DNA from: Squalus acanthias
Taxonomy: Eukaryota
Direction: 5' to 3'
Length of the DNA stretch: 64,000 bases
Assembly (NCBI GenBank): GCA_030390025.1
Contig: CM059432.1
Coordinates: forward strand, 30,878,001 to 30,942,000
How positions within the stretch are numbered: position 1 is the stretch's first letter; each line of letters starts with the position of its first letter. This document shows positions 1 to 11,152 of the stretch, in pieces. The translations under genes and the position numbers were made by a program. The notes under the pieces were generated by a model, which did no database searches, was not told where the DNA came from, and saw only the letters and a program-made list of their open reading frames with translations.

Positions 1-310
1 GTAACATTTTCTACTTTCAATTTGGGATGTTACCCAATTTCAATGAGCTTTGAAAGATATCAGCGAGGGGATTTGTAATCTGCTCCGCCAATTGCACCAG
101 CATTATTGGATGAACTATATCAGAGTCTGGATCCTTGTTAAACTTCAGCTTCCTAAACCTTTCTATTATCCATCCCTTTGTGATGTTAAGTCTGTTCTCT
201 GTGTTATACCCTTCTTCCAAAATGAATCCCACTGCTCTGCTCTTGTGAAGGAAATAACCATATTCCAAGAAATATATCATCCTATAGACAGATTTGATAA
301 TATTAAAACA
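1..310 (-). mobile_element. Old CR1-group LINE fragment (region just upstream of the RT core)
   Basis: ORF 17..316 reads DPDSDIVHPIMLVQLAEQITNPLADIFQSSLKLGNIPN, homologous to GPDEMYPRLLCEAREEIAGALTQIFRTSLATGEVPE of the CR1 at 60123. Confidence 0.65.
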
Positions 311-1520
311 TGACAAACTGGGGTTAAAAATCTAAAAGCCTCAACGACACAAGCCGTAAAACAGAAATACAGGCTTCTGAGATAAAGATCAGTTGTTAAC
401 AAAGTTGTAAACATCACAAGCTTTGAAATGGGAAATGTTTGTAAATACAAAGACATGGCCCTATTGAAACATTGGAACCAACACAATGGAATGACCCAAG
501 TAAAGTATCAAAATCTAACACGTCGAACAGGTGCACAGAACATTAAAAAAAACAAGTGCCTTTGAAAAAATGACATCAAGTAAAAGAAATACCTGCCGTA
601 AAATAGTTTTATGTTAAACTTAGAAACAGGAGACATGATTCTTAATACAACCAATTGAAGTAAATAAGAACTTCAGGGAACACCCTAGATGAAGTGTTTA
701 CAAGTTATAAAAGGTACAAATAGGAAGGCTTTGAAAATATAATATCAATAGATGACACCAAGCAATTACATTGTGTTTGTATTGAAAATGGAATAGTTAG
801 GAGACACGACGTCTGACTTACAAGCAGTTAAGTGATATTAAGAATTCAATAGAAAGACTTCCTAAGAATAGCATCAAATAGATAAATCGATAATAACCAT
901 TTTATGATAGTTTTTGAAACACCTAAAGGTAAAGACAGAATTTTAAAGAGTTGGCAGCTGAAATGACAGTAAGAATAGAAAACAATTCAATAGAGTATCA
1001 CGAGAGACAATTAGCTTACATCAGCAGAATACTTCAAAGAATAAACCACTAAAAAAAGTATAAAAATAAGAGCTTTTTAGATGAAAAGTCAGAAGTCGCT
1101 GGAAGGGCAAGCGTTTCTCAACTTCACAGGCACGCTCTGTAAGTTTATAACTCTGAGTCTCGGGTAATCAAGGTATTTGATTTTGGTGGATATTCTGGAT
1201 TAAGAATTAAGTAGAAGTGTGGAAATGTAACAAAGTTAAGATTTGAGAATAAGGATCTCTGATAAGAAATGTAAGCTATTTGTATTTTGAACGGTTAAAG
1301 TTGCGATTGCCATAACAGCTGTTAACTAAATGTCGATTCTTTAATAAATCTATATATTTTTAGAATTATCTCACAGAGTATTTCTGTATAAACTCGCGAA
1401 CTCAATTTCTGTATACTCAAAGGAGTTGCAGAATTCTGGGAGGTATTCTGGACCCTCATAATATCCGGAAGGTTACAGTCTAGTTAAACTTATTAAAAGT
1501 GCTATCCGGAGGACGGTAAC
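310..1520 (+). mobile_element. Possible solo LTR or unclassified AT-rich repeat
   Basis: A-rich non-coding block with TATAAAA (~1059), AATAAA (~1343) and TTACA/TAACA ends (~1477, ~1521), each preceded by TATCCGGA. No TSD or PBS established. Confidence 0.25.
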
Positions 1521-1719
1521 ATCTTCTCGCCGTTCCTTTCCTTAGGGAGAGGTAGTCTGACCTTTAGACCCAATTAAGCGTCTTATAGAATTAGGCTATC
1601 TTTAACTTTAGTTGAAGGTGAACGTCTGGGGAATACGCCTGATCTGGGGTAGCCCAAAAAGGGCTAGGACTTGTAATTATCCCTTCACTCTTTCCCTGTA
1701 GTCTTATACTTTGTCTAAT

Positions 1720-1975
1720 TGGAGCTCATTCACGTGAAAGCCTGGACAGTGAGTCTCAGAAGGCCATCACAGCTGAGCCAATCTTATCTTCACTTAACGT
1801 CCATATACAGATTTCCAGCACGGGCCACTGTAAGCGGACAGGAGTGAGAAGCCTGATCGATTCTCCCTTCTATATCATAAAGATGCTGTGGTGCAACTGT
1901 ATCACCCTCCAGTCGAGATTAGATGACTCAGCACAAAAAGAGAACTGAACCCTGGACCTTTCTGGTCTTCACCTC
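1720..1975 (-). mobile_element. Decayed SINE, same family as 48030-48435
   Basis: Co-linear similarity (CACAGCTGAGCC..TC.T.TC.TCAC, TTTCCAG, GCACA..GAACC) to the 48030-48435 copy. Confidence 0.4.
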
Positions 1976-2492
1976 TGATGTATCGTAACTGCAGAAACTT
2001 TTATAGGGGTCAACAGCCCAGGTTCCCGGCAGGTGGTGTAAATGTTGATTCGTAGCACCCAGGATTATCAGGGTCATTTATTTTTGATATCTGGGAATGG
2101 ACAAGTTAAATGCAAAATATTACTTTAAATTAAATTCTGAGATAGAGAAAAGGGGACATGTTCAAACGGGTAAAAAGGTCAGTTTAAGATTTTCTGACTA
2201 TTAATTTAAATGGTTGGAAAATCATGCACAGAATGGACTGGACTTCCAGATATAGATTGGAGGCAAAAACCCTGCAATCGATTAAGAAACAATTATATGC
2301 AGCAATGGATCTTTCTGGATGGATGATTTAAGATGGGATGAGTGGCCTTCCTCATCTCTAAGTATCTTGTGATTTTATGGTATCAGAGATCTTCAGTGTT
2401 CATCTGGTTAAATACACACTGTAACAGAATTGAATCACACTATCTATGAAGCACCCGATTTGATTTAATATTACAATTTCAGCCTGGAGTTA

Positions 2493-2630
2493 GGGGTAAT
2501 TTTCCATCTTCAGAGCTCTGAGAGCTGACCGCCCGCCTATTGTAAATTGAAAATCAGGTGAGTTTTACAAGGTGTGCGCAATCCGGTCTGTCAGATTACC
2601 TCCCGATCAGTGAAGAAGAAAATTTACCCC
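2493..2630. mobile_element. Short PIF/Harbinger (Tourist-like) MITE
   Basis: TIRs GGGGTAATTTT / AAATTTACCCC; exact TTA target-site duplication at 2490-2492 and 2631-2633. Confidence 0.85.
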
Positions 2631-3110
2631 TTATTTGGCAATTTGAGTGCCTTGGACTCTGCAAAAATCAATAGAAAATTGCTGGATATTGACTGACCCC
2701 ACTTGTGGCCCCTCCCTCTCAGCACAGTCCATCGGACATGTGGCACATAGGACGGGAGAAGGCTTCAGCTTCACATCGGCTACAGTATAACTGCAAGCTA
2801 CGAAGAATGAAGTGTAATCTGTATTTCAATGTTAGCAGAAAGCCAACGAGTGTGTAGAGCTCCATTTTCCCAGGCCAGAGAGTGGTGCGGAGCCAGTAGT
2901 ATTGCTCAGAATTGTTGACCTTCTAACTAGGTACCAGTTTCACACTGGCACTGTTTTATATAGTAACACCCTCAATCTGTAGGTAGCGATGGAACAGCAG
3001 ACTCACAGCCCAATGCATCTGTACCAGTTTTCCTTATTTTTTTTTCCACATCCAGTGAAGTGACAAAAACAGAAGTTCGCTGCCATGTTAGGAAAAATGG
3101 GAGTGATTAA

Positions 3111-3670
3111 ACATAAGAACATAAGAAATAGGAGCAGGAGTAGGCCATTTGGCCTCTCGAGCCTGCTCCGCCATTCAATAAGATCATGGCTGATCATCAA
3201 CCTCAACTCCACTTTCCTGCATTATCTCCATATCCCTTGATTCCCTTAACATCCAAAAATCTATCAGTCTCTGTCTTGAATATACTCAACAACTGAGCCT
3301 CCACAGCCCTCTGGGGTAGAGAATTCCAAAGATTCACAACCCTTTGAGTGAAGAAATTTCTCGTCATCTCAGTCCTGAATGGCCAACCCCTTATTCTGAG
3401 ACCGTGAGCCCTGGTTCTAGACTCCGCAGCCAAGGGAAACATCCTCCCTGCATCTACCCTGTCAAGTTCTGTAAGAATTTTGTATGTTTCAATGAGATCA
3501 CCTCTCATTCTTCTAAACTCTAGAGAATATGTGCCCAGTCTACTCAATCTCTCCTTACAGGACAATCCCCCCATCCCAGGAATCAGTCTGGTGAACCTTC
3601 GTTGCACTCCCTCTATGGCAAGTATATCCTTCCTTAGGTAAGGAGACCACAACTGTACACAATACTCCAA
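3111..3670 (-). mobile_element. CR1 LINE #1, 3' piece (end of ORF2 plus tail)
   Basis: LEYCVQLWSPYLRKD...NFFTQRVVNLWNSLP in ORF 3203..3724; ACATAAGA tandem tail at 3111; ends abruptly at the A1 TIR. Confidence 0.95.
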
Positions 3671-4028
3671 GGGGTAGAAATTAGGTCGCGCCCCATTTGA
3701 AGCGCAAATATCGTCCGGACGCAAATATTAGCGCCTGGCGCTAATTATCGGCACTGACAGGAAACTTCACTTTTACCGCCCCGGGAGGTGAGTGGAGCGC
3801 TAAAGTAGGCGCTGCACACCTCGCTTAAGGCGCAAAGGCCAAGGAGTGAGGCGCTAACTCAGCGCACGAGCGCAGCGCAGCTGCTGCCAGTTAGCGAGGG
3901 AACACAGACACAATGGCGCCAGACACTTCTTAAAGCGGGGGGGGGCCACTTGCTCCCCAGCCACACCCTGCTCATTGCAGCCTTGAATCTCAGCCTGGAG
4001 AGACCTGTAATCCATTTTGCTGCCAAGC

Positions 4029-5906
4029 ATGGAGAGGGTGAGAGAACGCGCTCATCGCTTCACCGAGCGGGCCTTGGATGCTCTGGTTGACGCAGTGGAG
4101 CGCAGACGATGCATGCTGTTCCCGGAGAGTGGCAGGAGGCCTTTGCCACGCGAGTTCAGAAGAGTGTGGAGGGAGGTGGCTCAGAGCGTCTCCTCCAGGA
4201 GCATGGTGCCCAGGACCCAAGTTCAATGCCGCAAAAAGTTCAACGACCTCACTCGGGTCGTCAGGGTGAGTGGCTTTTTCTCAATACCTCTCCATCCCTC
4301 CATCTCAACCTCACTCTATGGCCAGATGGTCTTAAAACCCCAATGCACAACACTCATCCAACACCTATGGCCCTTTCATCAAACACACACACACATTCCA
4401 CACTTTGCATACAGTAAGGGCTATTCACCTATGGGAGGCACATCAGGCAAGACCATGGCTGCATACAGTAAGGGCTATTCACCTATGGGAGGCACATCAG
4501 GCAAGACCATGGCTGCATACAGTAAGGGCTATTCACCTATGGGAGGCACATCAGGCAAGACCATGGCTGTATATTTACTCAGATGCTGTCCTTTTTCTTG
4601 CAGGCTAAGCTGGCTCATAATCGGAGACAGCAGCAACGGACGGGTGGAGGGCGGCTTCAGCTGCAACCCCTCAGCGATCTGGAGGAGCGCGTCCACAGGA
4701 TTGTGGCAAGCCGGGTGATCGGTCCCGTCGCCACTGGAGACGCCGACCCCGTTGTGGACAGCAATGGTAAGGTCATCACCTTTTTGTCCTCTGTCCTTCC
4801 ACTTGTCCCTCACAATACCAGCCTTTGACACTTTCAATCCAACTTGCTAACTCGCTGCACTTATTCCTCCCTTACTGCCACCCTGTCCTCACGCTAAAGC
4901 CACTCTTGTACCTCCCTGCTTTCAGATGGTGATTCACCAGCTGAGGAGACGGGCCCTGAAGCTGCCACTGGGAGTGATGCTGCAGCTGAGGAGGAAGAGG
5001 AAGCCGGAGCATCAGTGCCACCCTCTCCCGAGGAAGCCCATGCCCACACTGGGAACACGCCTTCCCCGGAGGGGAGCAGGGGGGAAGGGGCTGATGATGG
5101 TGAAGCTCCAGGACCCAGCGGGCTGCAGCAACGCCATGGGGGGGGGTAGGGAAGAACAGGGGCCTTCTCCCCAGAGGGAGAGTATGCCAGACACTCCTAC
5201 TGCAATGGACGCAGAGGAGGAGCGGCTGATTGCAGAAATGAACACCCAGGCGGTGGGCATGCACACTGAGCTCATGGGTGCAGTGGGAAGGGTGCCCGAT
5301 TGCATTGAGTCACTGGCAAGGAGTGTGGAGCACTTCGCTGTAGCACAGGCGGATGCCACACTAACGCTTAGTGCTGCAATTCAGTCAATGGCTGCCGTGA
5401 TCCCACCTCTGACTGCTCTCATACAGACTCAGATGGAGGCCACGCGAGCACAGACTGCTGCCAACCTCGATGGTTCGTGCACATGTCCCCGGGGCTGTCA
5501 CCGCGCCGCAGCAGGCCAGCAATCTGTTCTCCGGCAAATTGCTCCGGATGCTGAAGTGCTGCCCCGTGGGAGTGCCAGTGTGTCGGGCGAGCAGGGAGTT
5601 GCTGGCCTCTCTCACGATGACAGCATTCCTGCTGCCAACACTGTCACTTCTCCACTGCACTCGCCACCGCCTGTAGGACAGACTGCTGCCGCCCATGCAG
5701 AGTTGGTGCAGTCTGCAGCCGGGCCCTCCAGGCCCAGAAGTGGTCGAGGCCGTCCTTCAGGGGCATCTGCAGTGTCAGGGTCTGACGAGCAGCAGCCTTC
5801 CACCAGCCTTGCTGCAGCCACTGAGGTCCCATTACGGAGGAGCAGTAGGGTTAGAAGGGGGGAAGTGCGCAAGGGAAGGAGATCACCCTCGAAGGGCAAA
5901 AAGTAG
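4029..5906 (+). pseudogene. Harbinger Myb/SANT-like DNA-binding gene, 3 exons (4029-4265, 4604-4766, 4926-5906), with an apparent +1 frameshift in a G run near 5140
   Basis: MERVRERAHRFTERALDALV..VWREVA..QCRKKFNDL..AKLAHNRRQQQRTGGG. GT-AG sites conserved in A2 and B. CAT+G9+TAG gives a stop here, whereas A2 has G8 and stays in frame; could be a homopolymer error. Confidence 0.85.
4406..4567 (+). repeat. 54-bp minisatellite x3 in intron 1 of the Myb-like gene
   Basis: TGCATACAGTAAGGGCTATTCACCTATGGGAGGCACATCAGGCAAGACCATGGC x3; also x3 in A2 (16059-16220) and two diverged units in B (~9401-9510). Confidence 0.95.
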
Positions 5907-6200
5907 GAGGTGTGCCAAAATGCTGGTCATTTTTTTATTAAAGGCCGAGGTTCATGGTCCAACTTTTGTTTAGTGTTTTGGACATTATCTCCAGGTTGTG
6001 AGAACCAGTTATGTTATTGACTGTTTTTTTGTGTTTATTTCTATGAGTTTGTCATGAGGAATTGACACACACAGAGTTTGTAAAATAAATAAGTTTCTGT
6101 ATTCAAAATATACATGGCTGGTGGTTGGAATTATTGGTGCCTTGGCCGGCTTAGGGGTTGCGTGCTGGGTTGATTAGTGTTTGTAGCAATGGCAGGGGCC

Positions 6201-7361
6201 CTAGAAGCGGCTTGCTATTAGTCGTTGACGGACGGCCCTTGCAGTTTGACCATTGTGGGCCGCCCTCCTGCCTTGGTGCTGCTGATGATCATCGTCCTCG
6301 TCCTGTTCCTCCTCTTCCTCCTCCTCCTCTGGTGGTGCTACAAGGCCTGGTGGCATTGGCTGGGTCCTGAGGATTGCCATGTTGTGCAACATGCAGCACA
6401 CGACTACGAAGTTCGAAACTTGCTCAGGCGAGTACTGCAGGGCTCCTCCGGAATGGTCCAGACAGCGGAACCGTTGTTTCAGCATGCCGATTGTGCGCTC
6501 AATAATGTTCCTGGTTGCTTGATGGCTTTCATTGTACCGCAGCTCAGCAGGGGTGTTTGGCGTACGGAGCGGTGTCATCAGCCAGGTGCTCAATGCGTAC
6601 CCCTTGTCCCCCAGAAGCCAACCAACTGGCTGATGCGGTGCCTCGAAAACTTCTGCCACAGTAGTCTGGCGCAGGATGAAAGCATCGTGGCAGCTGCCCG
6701 GATAGTGGGCATTGACAGCGAGTATCACCTGTCTGTGGTCACAGACCAACTGCACATTCAAGGAATGGAACCCCTTTCTGTTCCTGAATTCCTCTGCATT
6801 CTCTCGCGGAGCACGCAAAGCCACATGCGTGCAGTCAATGGCGCCCTGCACCATGGGGAAGCCCGCTACCCTCGCAAAGCCCAGAGCACGGTCACGCTGC
6901 TTGTCTGGGGTCATAGGGAAAGAGATGAAGTCTCGTCTCCTTCTGAAGAGGGCATTGGTGACCTGCCGGATGCAGCGATGCACCGCAAACTGGGAGATAT
7001 TGGCGAGGTCCCCAACAGCAGCTTGGAATGAGCCAGTGGCGTAGAAGTTCAAAGCCACTGTGACCTTCACTGCCACCGACAGAGACGTCCTGGACCTCAG
7101 CTGAGGCTGCAGATCTGGCTGCAGCAGGTGGCAGAGCTCAGTAACCACCTCCTTGCTGAATCGCAGTCTTCGCAAACACAGCTCCTCGGACATATGGATG
7201 TAGGAGAGCTGTTCACGATATACCCTGGGAGGGTAAGCTCTCCTGTACATGCGCCTGATGGCCCTCCTCCGTCTGGCCATCATTGCCACTCTCTGTCTGC
7301 GTCTCAGTATCCTCCGATTCAGCTGGAGCAGGACGACGCCCCCAATCATTGCAGCCCCCAT
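6201..7361 (-). CDS. PIF/Harbinger DDE transposase (HARBI1-like), 386 aa, intronless
   Basis: Uninterrupted ORF with GAIDCTH, RKGFHSLNVQLVCD, PGSCHDAFIL, LLGDKGY, RNIIERTIG-LKQRFRCL, CCMLHN motifs and an acidic tail. Confidence 0.97.
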   Translation of the reverse strand: MGAAMIGGVVLLQLNRRILRRRQRVAMMARRRRAIRRMYRRAYPPRVYREQLSYIHMSEELCLRRLRFSKEVVTELCHLLQPDLQPQLRSRTSLSVAVKVTVALNFYATGSFQAAVGDLANISQFAVHRCIRQVTNALFRRRRDFISFPMTPDKQRDRALGFARVAGFPMVQGAIDCTHVALRAPRENAEEFRNRKGFHSLNVQLVCDHRQVILAVNAHYPGSCHDAFILRQTTVAEVFEAPHQPVGWLLGDKGYALSTWLMTPLRTPNTPAELRYNESHQATRNIIERTIGMLKQRFRCLDHSGGALQYSPEQVSNFVVVCCMLHNMAILRTQPMPPGLVAPPEEEEEEEEQDEDDDHQQHQGRRAAHNGQTARAVRQRLIASRF

Positions 7362-7873
7362 ATTCTCTTTGCCAGAAAAGTAATGAGGTACAGCAACTAA
7401 AGTAGCAACAAAGTTAGGATGAACTAGGCAAAACTACCTCACAAAGCGTTGAGTCAATGTAGAAGTCTCTCTCTCTCTCTCTCCGAATCTCTCTCTCTCT
7501 CTCAGAACGAGTGGTGCATAAATGTCGACCACAGAAAAAGACAGGAAGAGGCCCCCTTTAAATAGCGCCCCCCCCAGCCCCACACCGATTGATAACGTTC
7601 CAGTCTTCCGGTCGTTGGAAGCGCCAGGCGGTAAGGCAGGGGGCGCCACTCAATTTCCGCTCCGGGGCGCCCCAAGGGCGTTGCACCATGGAATGACGTC
7701 ACAATCTGCGCGCGCAGGTGGTCGCAGCGGTAAGTTTTAGCGCCGCCGCACAATCTCAAGTTAAGTTCTCGAGCGGCGCAAACAGCGCTGCGCCCGGGCG
7801 TTAGCGGCTTAACGCCCCATTAGCGCCCTCTTAAGGCGCTAACGGGAGGCGCAACCAAGTGAATTTTTACCCC

Positions 7874-8661
7874 TAAATATTTAAGGATATTTGACTTTTA
7901 GAAGAGACAGCCAGAATGGGAAAGGAGGAGGGGTAGCCCTGATAATAAAGGAGGGAATAAAGACAGTAGAAAGAAAAGATCTTGGCTCGGAAAAACAAAA
8001 TGTAGAATCAGTTTGGGTGGAGCTAAGAAACAACAAGGGGCAGAAAACACTAGTGGGAGTAATCTATAGGCCCCTTAACAGTGGTTGTAGTGTCGGGCAG
8101 AGTATAAATCAGGAAATTAGAGATGCATGTAACAAGGGTAATACAGTAATCATGTGGGGACTTTAGCTTTCATATAGACTGGGCAAACCAAATTTGCAGA
8201 AATAGTGCAGCAGAAGAGTTCATGGAATGCATTCAAGATAGTTTTCTAAATCAGTATGTCAAGGGACCTAAGAGGGAATTGGTTATTTTAGATCTAGTAC
8301 TGTGCAATGAGACAGGGTTAATTAATAACCTTGTAGTAAAGGAGCCTCTGGGGAGCAGTGATCATAATATGATAGAATATTATGTTGAGTTTGAGAGTGA
8401 TTTAGTTAAGTCTGAAACTAGGGTCCTAAACCTGAACAAAACAAATTACGTAGGTATGAGAGACAAGTTGGCTAAGGTGGGTTTGGAAACTAGATTAAAA
8501 GATATGACAGTAGAAAAGCAATGCCAAACATTTAAAGAAATAATTCATAATTCGCAACAAATATACATTCCCTTAAGGAATAAAAACACCACGGGAAAAA
8601 TGGTCCAACCATGGCTAACAAGAGAAATTAAAGATAGTATTAGATTAAAGGAAGAGGCTCA
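7874..8661 (+). mobile_element. CR1 LINE #1, middle piece 1 (endonuclease region), inverted relative to the outer pieces
   Basis: GYLTFRRDSQNGKGGGVALIIK, VGVIYRP, ILDLVL, LGSSDHNMI. Confidence 0.93.
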
Positions 8662-9022
8662 GGAGGAGAAATTCGGTATTGTCCCGTTTGGGGTGCAATT
8701 ATCGGCTGGGCGCAAAGTTTAGCGCCTGGCGCTAATTATCGCCTCTGACTGCAAACTTGGCCTCTATCACCCCTGGAGGTGATTTGAGCGCTAACTCGGG
8801 CGCTACACACCTGTCTTAAGGCGCTAACGCCAAGGCACAAGGCGCTACCTCACAGCGCTGGCGAAGCTCAGGTGATGTCAATTCGCTATGGAACACAGAC
8901 AGACTGGCGCCAGCCAGTTCTTAAAGGGGAGGGTCGATCTTGCTCTCCATCCACACCCTGCTCACTGCAGCCTTGAATCTCGGCCTGGACAGACCTGTAC
9001 ATCAATTCTGCTGGAACCAACA

Positions 9023-10855
9023 ATGGAGAGGCCCAGAGAAAGAGCTCAGCGCTTCAACGACCAGGCCTTGGTGGCTCTGGTTGGCACTGTGGAGCGGCGA
9101 AGGGCAGTACTCTACCCACAGAGTGGCAGGAGGCCATTGCCACGCAAATACAGAAGAGTCTGGAGGGTGGTGGCTCAGCACGACTCCTCCAGGAGCCTGG
9201 TACCCAGGACCCACACCCAATGTCGGAAGAAGTTCAATGACCTCAGTCGGGTGGTGAGGGTGAGTGGCTGCTTTTCAATACCTCTACATCCCTCCATCTC
9301 AACTTCACTCTGTGCCCAGAGGGTTTAAAAACTCCAAATGCCCAACACTCATCCAAGACCTATGGCAATCTCATAAAACACACTCGCGCATTCCACACCT
9401 TGCATACATTAAGGGCTATTCAACTATGGGAGGCACATCAGGCAAGCACATGGCTGCATACAATTAGGGCTATTCAACTATGGAAGGCACATCAGGCAAG
9501 CACATGGCTGCACATTCACTCAGACGCCATCCTTTTTTTGCAGGCCAAGCTGTCTCATAACAAGCGCCAGCAGCAACGCATGGGAGGAGGACCGGCTGAC
9601 CTACACACCCTCAGCGATTTGGAGGCGGCGTGCACAGGATCGTTGCCAGCCAGGTGATAGGTGCCGTGGCCGCTGGAGAGGTCGACCCCCTTGGGGACAG
9701 CAGTGGTATGTTCATCAGCTTTCTCTCCTCTCTCATTCCACTTGCCCCTCACAACACCAGCCTTTTACACTTTCAATCCAACTTACTAAATGTCTCCAGT
9801 CCTTCCTCCCTTACTGCCCCCCTGTCCTGACGCTAAAGCCACTCTTGTACCTCTCTGCTTTCAGATAGTGAACCACCAGCTGACGAGCCTGTCCCTCAAC
9901 TAACCAGTGGCAGTGACGCCCCAGGTGAGGAGGAGGAGGAAGAGGAAGCCGGAGCCTCACCGCCTGCGTCTCCCGAGGGAGCCCATGCCCACACTGGGAC
10001 CATGCCTTCCATGGAGGGGAGCGGGTGGAAGGGTCTGATGAGGATGAAGCTCCGGGACCCAGTGGGCTGCAGCAACGCCATGGGGGTAGGGAAGCTCGGG
10101 GGCCATCTCCCCGGAGGGAGAGTAGGCAAGCGAGTCCTGCTGCACTGGACGCAGAGGAGGAGTGCGTCATCGCGGAAATGAATAGCCAGGCCTTGAGCAT
10201 GCACACTGAGCTCATGGGTGCAATGGCAAGAGTGCCTGAAAGCATTGATGCACTGGCAAGGAGTGTGGAGCACTCTGCTGCAGCACAGGCTAATGCAACG
10301 CAACAGCTTAGTGCTGCAATTCAGTCACTGGCTGCTGCCTTCCAGTCTCAGACTGCTCTCATGCAGTCTCAGATTGATGTCAAGCAAGCACTGACTGCTG
10401 CCATCGTCGCTGGGTCGACCACATTGCCCCGGGGCTCTCACGGTGCTGCAGCAGGCCAGCAATCTGTGCTCGAGCAGATTGCTCCGGATGCTGAGGTACT
10501 GCCCTGTGGGAGTGCCAGTGTGTTGGTCGAGCAGGAAGCTGCTGTCCTCTCTCAGGATGACAGCATTCCAGCTCCCACCACTGGCACTTCCCCATTGCAC
10601 TTGCCACCGCCTGCAACACAGCCAGCCCAGACTGCTGTCGCCCATGCAGAGTTGGTGCAGTCTGCAGCCGGGGCCTCCAAGCCCAGAGCTGGTCGAGGGC
10701 GTCCTTCAAGGGTATCTGTAGTCTCTGCATCTGACATTCAGCAGCCTTCCACCAGCCTTGCTGCAGCCACTGGGGTCCCATTACGGAGGAGCAGTAAGGT
10801 GGGAAGGGGGGAACTGCACAGGGGATGGAGATCACCATCGAAGGGCAAACAGTAG
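9023..10855 (+). pseudogene. Myb/SANT-like gene of element B, 3 exons, frameshift in exon 2
   Basis: MERPRERAQRFNDQALVALV..QCRKKFNDL; donor after 9259, acceptor before 9544; 1-bp loss near 9628; ORF 10025..10855 matches exon 3 of A. Confidence 0.9.
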
Positions 10856-11152
10856 GAGGTCTAAATAAATGGTGGGAATGTTTGTAGTAAAGGTCGAGGT
10901 TCGTGTGATTACATTTGTTTACTGTTTTGTTGTTTATCTCCAGCTTGTGAGAACAAGTTCCGTTAATTCATGATTTATTGTGTTTGTTTCAATTTGTTTG
11001 TCCTGAATAAATGACACACACAGAGTTTGTTAAAGAAAAAAGTTGTATTCTAAATTTATATTTTTGGCCTTTGGAATCATTCCAGCTTTGGCCGGCAATA
11101 GCGGGTGCGGGTTGCTTTCCATGATGTTGTTCTCCATACCAGAAGCCATCTT

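Larger units (their letters stand above)
3671..7873 (+). mobile_element. PIF/Harbinger DNA transposon, family A copy 1 (4203 bp)
   Basis: TIRs GGGGTAGAAATT / AATTTTTACCCC, subterminal GGCGCWAA repeats, Myb-like gene (+) convergent with DDE transposase (-). Confidence 0.97.

Noticed and set aside
4406..4567. CRISPR-like array
   Set aside because: Head-to-tail 54-bp units with no spacers, in a eukaryotic intron.
4926..5906. 326-aa ORF as a stand-alone gene
   Set aside because: It is exon 3 of the Myb-like gene; its first ~70 residues are out of frame because of the extra G.
6225..7031. 268-aa antisense ORF opposite the transposase (also 17877..18683)
   Set aside because: Shadow frame of a GC-rich gene; its hydrophobic start mirrors the poly-Glu tail and it is broken in element B.
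6201..7361. Host HARBI1 gene, or NAIF1/MSANTD for the Myb-like gene
   Set aside because: Multi-copy, bounded by TIRs and inserted inside a LINE, so these are transposon genes and no host symbol was assigned.
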